Assembly (NCBI GenBank): GCA_964456855.1
Contig: CAYWCU010000001.1
Span: 8,442 to 72,441 of the forward strand
DNA length: 64,000 bases
Direction: 5' to 3'
Source: an uncultured Candidatus Saccharibacteria bacterium
GTDB taxonomy: Bacteria; Patescibacteriota; Minisyncoccia; UBA9983
The notes below the pieces were generated by a model. It saw only the letters and a list, made by a program, of their open reading frames with translations, did no database searches and was not told the DNA's origin. A program made the position numbers and the translations under genes. Below, in pieces: positions 20,433 to 30,080 of the stretch. The number at the start of each line of letters is the position of its first letter. Position 1 is the first letter of the stretch.

Positions 20433-20963
20433 ATGAAATTTGAAGATGTAAATCAAAGGGAAATAAAAAATAAAATTGAAAATCTGCAATCGCGCGTGGA
20501 AGAAGCCACGGAGTTGGCGCCGAGCCAAGATGAATTTGAAGAAACAATGGAAAAGCAAAACGCCTTGGAAAAAAAATTCAAAAAGAAACAAATATCGTAT
20601 GAAGAACTCCAGCGAGGGTTATGTGAACTAGAAGACTCAACGGGCTCCGTCGAAACAAAGGAATTGACGGAACTGATGGATATTTTGAGAATTATCGGCC
20701 TTGATGAAAAAGAATTGAAGGAAATCGTCGCCCATGAAAACGACCATTGCGCGAAAGCGTTATCTTTCGGATTGGAAACTTTTTACAGAATACAATTCTT
20801 AAAGATAAAGAGAGATAACGGGGAGACCGATCTTGCCATCCTGCCGTCCGCTCATTTTCATTTGCCGGAAGACATGCCGGATGATGAAAAAATAAAAATT
20901 TTGGGAGAAATTGTGAGCGCCCCCGAAGAACTGAGTATCTATGACGAGAAAAAATTACAGTAA
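20433..20963 (+). CDS. hypothetical acidic coiled-coil protein with HENDH motif
   Basis: 176 aa ORF; AHENDH could be an HExxH site. Weak. Confidence 0.4.
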   Translation: MKFEDVNQREIKNKIENLQSRVEEATELAPSQDEFEETMEKQNALEKKFKKKQISYEELQRGLCELEDSTGSVETKELTELMDILRIIGLDEKELKEIVAHENDHCAKALSFGLETFYRIQFLKIKRDNGETDLAILPSAHFHLPEDMPDDEKIKILGEIVSAPEELSIYDEKKLQ

Positions 20964-21088
20964 GTTTTAAGTTCGCTCAAGTCCCCGCCTAACCGCAACC
21001 TCACCGTTCAATGAAAAATAAAAAATCGCCACCGCGCCGAAACCAACGAGCAAAAATGAATTGTTGAAATAAATAAAATGGAAAAATT

Positions 21089-21277
21089 ATGAATATATTT
21101 TCAATTTTAATGGGGCTGTTTATGGGACTAATCGGCGTATTGGTCTTCTTTCTGCTCATCAGGGAAATAGTTGTTTGGTATCTGAAAATCAATCAAATAA
21201 AAAAATTGCTGGAAAAAATAGAGGAAAATACGCGAAAAGTAAGCTTGGTGCAGGAAAAAAATAATGATAAACGGTAA
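21089..21277 (+). CDS. small single-TM protein (62 aa)
   Basis: Hydrophobic N-terminus followed by a charged tail. Confidence 0.3.
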   Translation: MNIFSILMGLFMGLIGVLVFFLLIREIVVWYLKINQIKKLLEKIEENTRKVSLVQEKNNDKR

Positions 21278-21313
21278 AAATTAAAAAAGTACCAAGAGGT
21301 ATTATTTGTATTT

Positions 21314-21508
21314 ATGGAATTTGAATCAGCCGAATTAAAAATGCATTCCGCTCTGCCAAAGGAGAAAAAAGAAATCTTTCTTCCTGAAAATGTTTGGGAG
21401 CAACTGCAAAATCTTGGCATTACGCCTAAAATGGTAAAAGGGTCTGTTCTTGATGTGGGAGCGGGAGATGCTGAATTCGCCAAGGTTTTTGCCGGCTTTA
21501 TTTTTTAG
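21314..21508 (+). pseudogene. SAM-dependent methyltransferase N-terminal fragment (64 aa)
   Basis: Ends with a motif-I-like VLDVGAGDAEFAKVFAG then a stop; no continuation downstream in any frame. Confidence 0.35.
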
Positions 21509-21698
21509 CGTTGTTTTGTCGGTTGTGAGTTATTTATTGAATGTATTGTTTAGAACGAAAAATCCTTGATTTCTTCTCCAAAAACCAAGAGAAGAAATCG
21601 GGCTAATGACCGAGGGCAAAACAACCGTAAAAAATAACTCGTGCCGGAAAAAATGGAGATAGAAATTAAAAAAACAGGGATAGTTGGGTGTTTTTATT

Positions 21699-22223
21699 AT
21701 GAAAATCTTATTTAAATTTTTGGAATTTGTGACTAAACTGCAGTATTTGGCGCAGCCGTCTTATGTCAAAGATGAGATTCGCCTGCAAAAAATGCTCCTG
21801 TGGAGCGCCAGGGTTTACTATTTTTATTCAGGACTTCTTTTTATTTTCATAAAGTCCGCTGATTATTTCAACATAAGCGTCCATTATTCGGTTTTCACCG
21901 CCCTTTTCGCGCTTCAGGCGGCGATACTATTCTACACACTGCAAACTTACAGAAGATTTTTTTTCGTTTCCGTCAGACTCAAGCGGAATTTTGCGTTGAA
22001 ATTATCCTTTTTCTTGTGGCTCCTGATTTTTTTTCTGATGAGCATTGAACAGATTATCGGCTACCCCATCTTCTCTGGAAGCATTCTGATTCTTATAGCA
22101 AGGGGAGGAGGCATCTTTTGGGGTAAATTACTGACGAACGGATTTTTTTGGGGCTTTTTCTTCGCCGTCATGGGAGTAATCGGAGAATTTTTATTGCGAA
22201 AAATCAACAATAATAAATTATGA
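21699..22223 (+). CDS. multi-pass membrane protein, hypothetical
   Basis: 4-5 hydrophobic helices; the track start is TTG at 21684; the first ATG is at 21699. Confidence 0.45.
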   Translation: MKILFKFLEFVTKLQYLAQPSYVKDEIRLQKMLLWSARVYYFYSGLLFIFIKSADYFNISVHYSVFTALFALQAAILFYTLQTYRRFFFVSVRLKRNFALKLSFFLWLLIFFLMSIEQIIGYPIFSGSILILIARGGGIFWGKLLTNGFFWGFFFAVMGVIGEFLLRKINNNKL

Positions 22224-23158
22224 AAAAACAAATTGTATTTATTCACGGGGGAGAAACTTTTGATTCGCATGAGGCCTATTTGGATTTTTTGAGGAATTGC
22301 GAATTTAACCCCGAAAAAGGGAAAGAAAAGAGATGGAAGGATTCCCTGCTGGAAAGTCTTGGAGATGATTTTGAGGTTATCGCGCCAACAATGCCGTGCA
22401 AGTTCAATGCCAAATATAAAGAATGGAAGATTTGGTTTGATAAGGTTGTCCCTTTTTTGAGAGATGGAGTGGTTTTAATCGGGCACTCTCTCGGAGGAAT
22501 TTTTCTCGCGAAATACTTGTCAGAAAACGATTTTCCCAAAAAAATCTCGGCGATATATTTGATTGCCGCCCCTTATGACGCCGAGGATTCGGAATATTCA
22601 CTGGCTGATTTCACACTTCCGAAAAGTTTGGAAAAACTGCGGAGACAGGGCGGAAAAATTTTTATTTATCATAGCGAAGACGATCCCGTGGTTCCGTTCT
22701 GGGATTCGGAAAAGTATCTCCGGGCGTTGCCGGACGCGGAAAAAACAATTTTCAAGGACAAGGGCCATTTCCTGCAAGAGGAGTTTCCGGAAATGGTTGA
22801 AAGTGTTAAGAAAATACCATCTGGATCGGCGCAAAAAACGCTAAAATTCAAAGAACATCTCGTGCCACTCATATTGTCTGGCGAAAAAACCGTCACTTGG
22901 CGGCTTTTTGACGATAAGGATTTGCGGGTCGGAGACAAGGTGAATCTGATAAATGCGGACTCAAGAGAAATATTCGGCAGCGCCAAGCTGACGGAAATCA
23001 AGGAAAAGCCTTTTGGTGAAATAACGGATGAAGATTTTGATGGGCACGAAAAATTTGAAAGCGAAAAAGAAATGTATGAAACATACAAAAAATACTACGG
23101 AGGCAAATTGAGCAAAGATACGACAGTCAAAATAATCAAGTTCAAGTTGGATGAATAA
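22220..23158 (+). CDS. alpha/beta-hydrolase (RBBP9/YdeN-like serine hydrolase) fused to C-terminal ASCH domain
   Basis: N-terminus IVFIHGG...VLIGHSLGG (GxSxG). C-terminus LVPLILSGEKTVTWRLFDD...VGDKV is typical ASCH. ATGA overlap with the upstream gene. Confidence 0.6.
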   Translation: MKKQIVFIHGGETFDSHEAYLDFLRNCEFNPEKGKEKRWKDSLLESLGDDFEVIAPTMPCKFNAKYKEWKIWFDKVVPFLRDGVVLIGHSLGGIFLAKYLSENDFPKKISAIYLIAAPYDAEDSEYSLADFTLPKSLEKLRRQGGKIFIYHSEDDPVVPFWDSEKYLRALPDAEKTIFKDKGHFLQEEFPEMVESVKKIPSGSAQKTLKFKEHLVPLILSGEKTVTWRLFDDKDLRVGDKVNLINADSREIFGSAKLTEIKEKPFGEITDEDFDGHEKFESEKEMYETYKKYYGGKLSKDTTVKIIKFKLDE

Positions 23159-23161
23159 GAT

Positions 23162-23755
23162 TTGGAAAATAACACTCATATGAAGAAAATTATTATCATC
23201 GGCACAATACATGGCGGTTCCACTCCAAAAGAAGAGTTGGAGGAGGTTTTGAATAATATAAATCCGGATCAAGTGTTGGTGGAACTTTCCTATGAAGAAT
23301 TGAATAACCGACCGAGAGAAAATTCCATCCGGGATGAAATGTTTGCCGCTTACGATTGGGCAGTTAGAAATAAAAAGAAGACGGATTGCTTTGACATTGA
23401 AAGCAACACGCTGAAAAAGGGTGTAACGGGAAAAGAACTGGAGTTTTTGAAACTTGAAATGAAAGTCAAGGAACTCCTTAAGGGTTATTCATGGAAAGAC
23501 TTGAACAAAGAGGAACCGTGGGAAATACCCGAGGTCGCTGAACTGGAAAATGAGATTATTGAAAAATACTTTAATGCCGAAAAACAAAAAGAAAGAGAAT
23601 ATAAGATACTGGAAATTGCCCGCGGAAAATTGATTGACGGCGTGAATGTAATCGTCACTGGCGCCGGGCACCTGTCCTTTTTCAAAAAAGAAATGCCGGA
23701 GGCGATATTTCCTCTCCGAGATTGGAGAGAAACGGGTAAGAGCGCAAAACAATGA
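23162..23755 (+). CDS. TraB/GumN-family-like protein
   Basis: N-terminus KIIIIGTIHGGS...PDQVLVELS resembles TraB/PrgY family starts. Tentative. Confidence 0.4.
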   Translation: MENNTHMKKIIIIGTIHGGSTPKEELEEVLNNINPDQVLVELSYEELNNRPRENSIRDEMFAAYDWAVRNKKKTDCFDIESNTLKKGVTGKELEFLKLEMKVKELLKGYSWKDLNKEEPWEIPEVAELENEIIEKYFNAEKQKEREYKILEIARGKLIDGVNVIVTGAGHLSFFKKEMPEAIFPLRDWRETGKSAKQ

Positions 23756-24144
23756 ACAATAAAGAAGATTATTTTGAAAAATTGGTTGATGAAGCCATTT
23801 TGGCGTTGCCGGAAAAAATAAAGAAAGCGATGGATAATGTGGCTTTTGTGGTTGAGGAGGAGGCGCGGTGGAAAAAGGCCGGAGAAATGGGGATTAAAAA
23901 GAATGAAGTGTTAATCGGATTATACGAGGGTATTCCGAAAATTAAGCGGGATGACGGATATTTTGGGGTGTTGCCGGACAAGATTACCATTTTTAAAAAA
24001 CCGATAGAGAAATTAAGTGGCGGAAGCGGAGAAAAATTGAAAAAACTTGTCAACGAAACTGTGTGGCATGAAGTCGGACACCACCTGGGGCTTGATGACG
24101 CGGAGATTAAAATTCTTGAAGCAAAAAGGCGGAGAAGGGGTTGA
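23752..24144 (+). CDS. minimal zincin-like metallopeptidase family protein (HEVGHHLG)
   Basis: HExxH at the C-terminus with a following D; ATGA overlap with the upstream gene. Confidence 0.55.
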   Translation: MNNKEDYFEKLVDEAILALPEKIKKAMDNVAFVVEEEARWKKAGEMGIKKNEVLIGLYEGIPKIKRDDGYFGVLPDKITIFKKPIEKLSGGSGEKLKKLVNETVWHEVGHHLGLDDAEIKILEAKRRRRG

Positions 24145-24224
24145 GGGAAATTCGTAAAAACAAAACCAATACCGAACTTTCGCGCCGGCTTTCTTTAAAA
24201 CTCCTGCGGGGGTAAAATAAACAA

Positions 24225-24551
24225 ATGAAACGAGAAATAATCACATTGTCGGGAAACACGAGATTCAGAGATCGATTTAAGGAAGTGGAAAGAAAACTGA
24301 CATTGGAAGGCAAAATCGTCCTCCCGCCGGCAATATACGGCAAAAGCGAAGGGATTGAACACTCCCCCACCACAATCAAACTTCTATACGAATTGCATCT
24401 CGCCAAAATAGACATTTCCGACGGCATTTTCGTGATTGATGTTGGCGGATACATAGGCGATTCCACCCGGAAAGAAATAAAATACGCGAAAAACAAAAGG
24501 AAATTCGTAAGATACTATTCAAGAGATTTTAAAGACACGAAAATGAACTAA
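24225..24551 (+). CDS. hypothetical protein (108 aa), possible Rossmann-like nucleoside 2-deoxyribosyltransferase-like fold
   Basis: ORF; IFVIDVGGYIGDSTRKEI is weakly suggestive only. Confidence 0.35.
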   Translation: MKREIITLSGNTRFRDRFKEVERKLTLEGKIVLPPAIYGKSEGIEHSPTTIKLLYELHLAKIDISDGIFVIDVGGYIGDSTRKEIKYAKNKRKFVRYYSRDFKDTKMN

Positions 24552-24605
24552 CACCCCTAAAACCTGTTATCGCGACAAAACAAAAATACCGAACATGCCA
24601 ATTCT

Positions 24606-24866
24606 ATGAAAAACATCTGTGTTTACATATTAAAGTGCGGTGACGGCACGCTTTACACCGGTTCAACCGTGGATTTGGCGAAACGGCTTCGGGAGCATAA
24701 TGAGCTGAAAAGCGGGGCGAAATACACAAAGGCGCGCCGCCCGGTGGCTCTCGCGTATCAAGAAAAATGCAAAACACTCGCGCTCGCCCGCGAACGCGAA
24801 GCGGAAATCAAACGAATGACCAGAAGCGAAAAACTCGCCCTCGTGAAAAAGCCCAAAAAGCCATAA
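24606..24866 (+). CDS. GIY-YIG nuclease-family protein (short standalone form, 86 aa)
   Basis: [27 protein letters not shown]...[10 protein letters not shown] matches the GIY-YIG core. Confidence 0.75.
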   Translation: MKNICVYILKCGDGTLYTGSTVDLAKRLREHNELKSGAKYTKARRPVALAYQEKCKTLALAREREAEIKRMTRSEKLALVKKPKKP

Positions 24867-24935
24867 AATAAAAGGAAAAGATGGGCTTCCCTATCGGCGG
24901 AAGCCCTTGAATCACGCTGGAAAAAATCCTTTAAA
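24810..24935 (+). repeat. repeat copy R1 (3-prime end of GIY-YIG gene + downstream hairpin)
   Basis: Core aaacgaatgaccagaagcgaaaaactcgcNctcgtgaaaaa is shared with R2 and R3; the downstream segment ...gcttccctatcggcggaagcc...tgaatcNcgctgg is shared with R3. Confidence 0.7.
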
Positions 24936-24992
24936 TATGGGATAGTTAAAATATCAAAGGCAAAGACCGAAAAAGGATTTTGCAGAATAATT

Positions 24993-25703
24993 ATGGATAT
25001 TCCTCAAGACATTCTTAATAAATTTATAGTAAGAGAAGATTATTTGGAGTGGGTAAATAAAGAAACGTCCATTATCGCGTACTTGGATTTGACTAATATG
25101 TTCCACTGGCAAGATGTTTTGGGGTGGAAATTTCGCATAGAAGATTTAGCCGAGCAACTTTTTAGTTTTTCAAACATTAAGGAAATTAAAGTGTATTATG
25201 GCTTGAACGAAAGAGATATAAGGAACTCCGAGGCCTTTCATGCTCGCATAAGAAAAACAGGGGCAATTTTAAGAAAAAAGCCCATGAAATTTATTAAAAA
25301 AAACATTAATGAAGCCATGTTTTTCCAACGCCGCACAATGACATTATTTGACGGAGAGCAGTACATTAAAGAAAAAATTAATGAACTGATACAAGCGCTT
25401 AATGAGTCTGGAATAATCATTGAAGAGCCTAAATGTAATTTTGATGTTGAAATGGCAATGGATATGATTGATGATACAGAAAAAATGACAGCAGTGATGC
25501 TTTTTTCCGGAGATTCAGATTTAAAAGAACCCTTAGAGAGATTAAAGATAAAAGGAAAGAATATTGGTGTGGTGGGGGTGCGCGGAAAAGTGGCGGGAGA
25601 ATTGCACGAAATTAAGAACAAATATATTGATTTTGGTAAGTTTTATACAGGGAAAAGGGTCTATACAAAAAGCGAAAATCCCGCTTTGGGCGGGACCGCG
25701 TGA
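24993..25703 (+). CDS. NYN/LabA-like (PIN-related) nuclease-domain protein
   Basis: AYLDLTNMF...CNFDVEMAMDMIDD...AVMLFSGDSDLKEPLERLKIKGKNIGVVG, typical of NYN/LabA. Confidence 0.65.
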   Translation: MDIPQDILNKFIVREDYLEWVNKETSIIAYLDLTNMFHWQDVLGWKFRIEDLAEQLFSFSNIKEIKVYYGLNERDIRNSEAFHARIRKTGAILRKKPMKFIKKNINEAMFFQRRTMTLFDGEQYIKEKINELIQALNESGIIIEEPKCNFDVEMAMDMIDDTEKMTAVMLFSGDSDLKEPLERLKIKGKNIGVVGVRGKVAGELHEIKNKYIDFGKFYTGKRVYTKSENPALGGTA

Positions 25704-25725
25704 TTAGTAGGATTGCTCCTACGCC

Positions 25726-25835
25726 ATCAATATAGCATACCAAGTTGCTAGTATCAAGAGAATTGTGGATAAGTGAAAACGAATGACCAGAAGCGAAAAA
25801 CTCGCACTCGTGAAAAAAAACAAAAAGGCCGTTGG
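25726..25835 (+). repeat. repeat copy R2
   Basis: tcaatatagcatac...gtggataagtgaaaacgaatgaccagaagcgaaaaactcgcactcgtgaaaaaa; an in-frame TGA lies just before the shared core. Confidence 0.7.
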
Positions 25836-25866
25836 AAATTAAAGGTTTTGAGTATAACATAAGAAA

Positions 25867-26268
25867 ATGAAAAAGGATTATTTAGAATGGCATAAGAAAA
25901 AAGAGAAAATTGACTGTAAAAATAAGCATATTTTTTTTCATGAACGAGAAGTTTGGTGGTGTTCTCTTGGTGTGAATGTCGGTTATGAGCAAGACGGAAG
26001 AGGAGACAATTTTTCCCGCCCCGTGGTTATATTGAAAAAATTTAATCTTGATATTTGTTTGGTTGTTCCGCTTACGACAAGCAAGAAAACGGGAAAGTAT
26101 TATTTTTCAATTGGAGATGTTGAGGGGAAAAACGCGTCGGCTGTATTGTCTCAGATAAGACTTATTGACCAGAAAAGGTTTTTTAAGAAAGTGGAGATGA
26201 TTGATGAAGAGATTTTTGATTGCTTAATTGACGCTGTTGTTAGTGTTAATTTTAAAAAAGGGGCTTAA
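25867..26268 (+). CDS. PemK/MazF-family toxin-like protein (no adjacent antitoxin ORF seen)
   Basis: REVWWCSLGVNVGYEQDG...RPVVILKK...CLVVPLTTS...SAVLSQIRLID matches the MazF/PemK fold pattern. Confidence 0.65.
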   Translation: MKKDYLEWHKKKEKIDCKNKHIFFHEREVWWCSLGVNVGYEQDGRGDNFSRPVVILKKFNLDICLVVPLTTSKKTGKYYFSIGDVEGKNASAVLSQIRLIDQKRFFKKVEMIDEEIFDCLIDAVVSVNFKKGA

Positions 26269-26276
26269 AACAGTTT

Positions 26277-26302
26277 GCCCCCGCTCCTTGCGGAGCGGGG
26301 GC
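26277..26302 (+). terminator. GC-rich hairpin (gcccccgctcc-ttgc-ggagcgggggc)
   Basis: Perfect 11-bp stem immediately after the toxin gene stop. Confidence 0.55.
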
Positions 26303-26350
26303 GAGGCCGAGGCCGTTTGTATGTTCATATTATCAAATCCAACCCAAAAG

Positions 26351-26500
26351 TCAATAGAGCATATCAACAGGGTGTGGATAAGTGAAAACGAATGACCAGA
26401 AGCGAAAAACTCGCGTTCGTGAAAAAGGCCGTTAGGTAAGAAGGAAAGGACGAGCTTCTTTATCGGCGGAAGCCGGTGAATCGCGCTGGGAAAACCCCAT
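26351..26500 (+). repeat. repeat copy R3
   Basis: tcaatagagcatat...gtggataagtgaaaacgaatgaccagaagcgaaaaactcgcgttcgtgaaaaaggccgtt...agcttctttatcggcggaagccggtgaatcgcgctggg. Confidence 0.7.
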
Positions 26501-26622
26501 AAAATATGATATATTTAGGGAAATTATGGAAAAAGACGGGAAAACAAACCCGGCCTCGCGACAAGCGCAAAAATTAGCTAACGCTATCAGTGTATCAACC
26601 GATAAGCTTTTGAAATAGAAAT

Positions 26623-27786
26623 ATGGCAAACAAAAATCTTACAAATGCAAAACGGGCAAAGAACGATGAGTTTTATACCCAGTTCGGCGATATCCAAAAA
26701 GAGATTGAGGCGTATTTGGAATACGATCCCGATGTATTTCGGGGCAAGGTGGTGTATTGTAATTGTGATGATCCGTTTGAGAGCAACTTCTTTCGCTATT
26801 TCGTACTCAATTTCAACAAGCTTGGATTGAAACAGCTTATCACCACCAGCTATAAACCTTCACCTATAGCCAACACGCAACTGGGATTGTTTGGCGATGA
26901 CAAGACCCTTGCGAAATCAAAAGGCCGTCCTAAGGTAAATGCTAACAAATTTATTATCAACGAAGTGGGTGATATGGATGGCGACGGCGAGTTCAATTTG
27001 AAAGATGTTGCCATACAGTTAAGGGCAAATAAACACAACGAATGGGAGCCCCTAGAAAATAATGGCGATTTCCGTAGTGATGAATGTATAAATCTACTTA
27101 AACAATCCGATATCGTGGTAACCAATCCGCCGTTCAGCTTATTCCGAGAATATGTAAAACAACTTATGGAGTATAAGAAAAAATTTGTGATCATCGGAAA
27201 TATGAATGCGATCACTTATAAAGAAATATTTCCTTTAATTAAAGACAATAAAATATGGCTTGGGGCTGGTAAAAACGATGGACGAAATGTGTGGTATCAA
27301 GTTCCTAATAATTACGAAAATTTTCACAAAGAGGAAAATGGCAAGAAATACGCATTTGTTGCGGGAACAATCTGGTTTACCAATCTTGATCACGGACGAC
27401 GCCATCAACCGTTGCCACTAATGACTAAAGCAGAAGTGATTAAATTTGGTACAAAAAAACCGTTCGAAAAATATGACAACTATAATGCAATCGAGGTATC
27501 ATTCGTTAAATACATTCCAAGTGACTACAAAGGTGTGATGGGTGTGCCAATCAGTTTTCTTGGTAAATATTCCCCCGATCAATTTAAAATTGTTGGAATG
27601 TGTGAAAATGAAGATTTGTATAAATTAAAAACAAAAGTTTATACAACGGCGGAGTGTAAGCAGGCATATTTAGATAAATTTGGCAAAAACGGAACTTATG
27701 ATTTGAACGCAAGTGGGGTGGTTATTCGAAACGGTTTATTGGAAAAAGTTTACCAAAGGATACTTATTAAACATAAGAAAAAATAA
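26623..27786 (+). CDS. EcoRI-methylase-family N6-adenine DNA methyltransferase
   Basis: N-terminus [14 protein letters not shown]...VVYCNCDDP and catalytic VTNPPFSL (NPPF), the hallmark pattern of the M.EcoRI/M.RsrI family. Confidence 0.7.
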   Translation: MANKNLTNAKRAKNDEFYTQFGDIQKEIEAYLEYDPDVFRGKVVYCNCDDPFESNFFRYFVLNFNKLGLKQLITTSYKPSPIANTQLGLFGDDKTLAKSKGRPKVNANKFIINEVGDMDGDGEFNLKDVAIQLRANKHNEWEPLENNGDFRSDECINLLKQSDIVVTNPPFSLFREYVKQLMEYKKKFVIIGNMNAITYKEIFPLIKDNKIWLGAGKNDGRNVWYQVPNNYENFHKEENGKKYAFVAGTIWFTNLDHGRRHQPLPLMTKAEVIKFGTKKPFEKYDNYNAIEVSFVKYIPSDYKGVMGVPISFLGKYSPDQFKIVGMCENEDLYKLKTKVYTTAECKQAYLDKFGKNGTYDLNASGVVIRNGLLEKVYQRILIKHKKK

Positions 27787-27787
27787 T

Positions 27788-28954
27788 ATGAAAACAAACT
27801 TAAAAACTACCATTACCGTTAAAGATATCTGCGAAGGGTTTGTCTATAATGAACTTGAAGGCAAGGGCCTGTTTGGCTTGTCTGGCACGCTTACTATTCA
27901 GCCGGAGTACCAACGAAACTATATCTATGCCTTAGACGGCGGTAAAAAAGAGGTCGCCGTCATTGAGTCATTGCTCAAAGGTTACCCGATAGGTTTGATT
28001 TATTTCAATAAAGTAAACGACAAGAATTTAGAGGTTTTGGACGGACAACAACGCATTACTAGCGTTGGGCGATTTGTTAATGGTAAGTTTGCAATCAAGG
28101 ATGAAAACGGAATGCAATATTTCAGTACTATGGCAGAAGACAAGAAGTCCAAGATTTTAAAAACAAAACTTCTCATTTACGAATGCGAAGGTACTGAAAG
28201 TCAGATTAAAGAATGGTTTAAGACAATCAACATTGCAGGTGTCCCACTTAAACCCCAAGAATTTCTCAACGCTATTTATTCCGGACCATTTGTAACACTC
28301 GCAAAGGAAGAGTTTAGCAATAGCCAAAACGCAAATACGCAAAAATGGAGCGCGTACATATCGGGTGTCGTTAATCGCCAAGATTTTCTGGAGCAAGCGC
28401 TTGATTGGGTAAGCAAGGGAAACATTGACGATTATATGAGCCGTCATCGCAAAGATACAAATATTAAAGAGCTAAAAAATTATTTCAACAGCGTAATTGA
28501 TTGGGTTTCTGGGGTGTTTATAGATGTTGAAAGTGAAATGCGTGGTCTTGAGTGGGGGCGAATGTATAAGGAATATCACAAAAACGCTTATGATCCAAAG
28601 AAAGTTTCAAGGGAAGTTCACAAACTTTACGCCGATTCATATATCAAAAACCGTAAAGGTGTTTTTGAGTATATTCTCGGCGGTTCAACTGATACGAAAT
28701 TACTAAATGTCAGAGTATTTGACGAGGCAACTAAAAAGTCGGTTTATGCAAAGCAGACAAAGAGCGCAAAAGCTGGTGGTAAATCAAATTGTTCGCATTG
28801 CGCAATGGGTCATGATGCTAACAAAGAAAAAATTTGGGATCTTTCTGAAATGGATGCAGACCATGTTAGTGCTTGGAGTAAAGGTGGCGCGACAGATATA
28901 AAAAATTGTGAGGTGTTGTGTAAGACGCATAATCGGGCGAAAGGAAATCGATAA
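27788..28954 (+). CDS. DUF262 (ParB/Srx-like, DGQQR) + C-terminal HNH nuclease protein, GmrSD-like architecture
   Basis: LDGQQRITS motif in the N-terminal domain. C-terminal CSHC...[12 protein letters not shown]...[15 protein letters not shown] is an HNH/His-Me finger. The ATG lies 1 nt after the methylase stop; the track ORF starts at an upstream GTG. Confidence 0.65.
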   Translation: MKTNLKTTITVKDICEGFVYNELEGKGLFGLSGTLTIQPEYQRNYIYALDGGKKEVAVIESLLKGYPIGLIYFNKVNDKNLEVLDGQQRITSVGRFVNGKFAIKDENGMQYFSTMAEDKKSKILKTKLLIYECEGTESQIKEWFKTINIAGVPLKPQEFLNAIYSGPFVTLAKEEFSNSQNANTQKWSAYISGVVNRQDFLEQALDWVSKGNIDDYMSRHRKDTNIKELKNYFNSVIDWVSGVFIDVESEMRGLEWGRMYKEYHKNAYDPKKVSREVHKLYADSYIKNRKGVFEYILGGSTDTKLLNVRVFDEATKKSVYAKQTKSAKAGGKSNCSHCAMGHDANKEKIWDLSEMDADHVSAWSKGGATDIKNCEVLCKTHNRAKGNR

Positions 28955-29009
28955 AAAATGTAAGATGTCATGCAAGAAGTGTAGTAGAAGGAAATTGGGG
29001 AATAAATTT

Positions 29010-30080
29010 ATGAAACAAGCAAATCAAAAATTAAAAGCAATTGATTTTTTCTGCTCAGGCGGAGGAATGAGTTTTGGTTTGCAACAAGCTGGAATAGATG
29101 TCATTGCTGGAATTGATTTTGATTCTGATTGTAAAGATACATACGAGGCAAATATAAAAGGAGCAGAATATATTCTTGCTGATGTTGAAGAATTAAATGC
29201 CGAGGATTTATCAAAAAAAATAGACATAAAAAAGAATGATGATGATCTTATTTTGGTTGGATGTAGTCCGTGCCAGTATTGGACAATTATTCGGACAAAT
29301 AAGAGTAAGTCTCAAAAATCAAAAAATTTGCTTCATGAATTTCATAGATTTGTTAAGTATTACAATCCTGGATATGTTGTTGTAGAAAATGTCCCGGGGA
29401 TTTTAAATAAACATAAAGAAAGCGGGCTAAATAAATTTGTAAAGGACTTAGAAAAGCAAGGGTATGCAGTTCGCTATGAAGTGGTGAATTTAAATGAGTA
29501 TGGAGTGCCAGAAACAAGAAAAAGATTTTCATTGATAGCTAATAGAGTAACTAAAGATGAATTATTTCCTAAAGCAAATAATTCTTGTCCAGTGGTCTCT
29601 GATTTTTTGGGCGAAAAAAACAGTTTTTATAAAATACCCGCTGGGCACAAGGATCCTACGGATTTAATGCATACAACAGCCAAATTAAGTAAAAAAAATA
29701 TAAAAAGGTTAAAATTGACACCTAAAAACGGTGGCACACGACAGGCATGGGCGGATACTGATCTACAAATTAATGCATATAAAAAGAAAAATTCCAATAT
29801 ATCATTCAGGGACACATATGGACGAATGTCTTGGGATAAACCAGCACCAACTATTACTACAAAATTTTTTAGCATATCAAACGGTAGATTTGCACATCCA
29901 AATGAAAATAGAGCAATTTCCATAAGAGAAGGAGCGACATTACAAACTTTTCCTAAAACATATAAATTTATCGGAGGTAGTATTGCTACAATCGCACGAA
30001 TGATTGGAAATGCTGTTCCTCCGCTTTTTGCTAAACAAATTGGAAAAACTATAATCAAAAATCATTATGACAAAAAATAA
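29010..30080 (+). CDS. DNA (cytosine-5)-methyltransferase
   Basis: Motif I FFCSGGGMSFG, motif IV GCSPCQYWT, motif VI ENVPGIL, motif X GNAVPP. An alternative start is at 28965. Confidence 0.85.
   Translation: MKQANQKLKAIDFFCSGGGMSFGLQQAGIDVIAGIDFDSDCKDTYEANIKGAEYILADVEELNAEDLSKKIDIKKNDDDLILVGCSPCQYWTIIRTNKSKSQKSKNLLHEFHRFVKYYNPGYVVVENVPGILNKHKESGLNKFVKDLEKQGYAVRYEVVNLNEYGVPETRKRFSLIANRVTKDELFPKANNSCPVVSDFLGEKNSFYKIPAGHKDPTDLMHTTAKLSKKNIKRLKLTPKNGGTRQAWADTDLQINAYKKKNSNISFRDTYGRMSWDKPAPTITTKFFSISNGRFAHPNENRAISIREGATLQTFPKTYKFIGGSIATIARMIGNAVPPLFAKQIGKTIIKNHYDKK

Noticed and set aside
25776-25838. 19-aa peptide ([19 protein letters not shown]) encoded in repeat R2 as a candidate antitoxin for the downstream MazF-like gene
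   Set aside because: It is simply the conserved 3-prime end of the GIY-YIG reading frame carried along with the repeat. It has no SD and no MazE/PemI-like sequence. It is mentioned only as something to test, not annotated.
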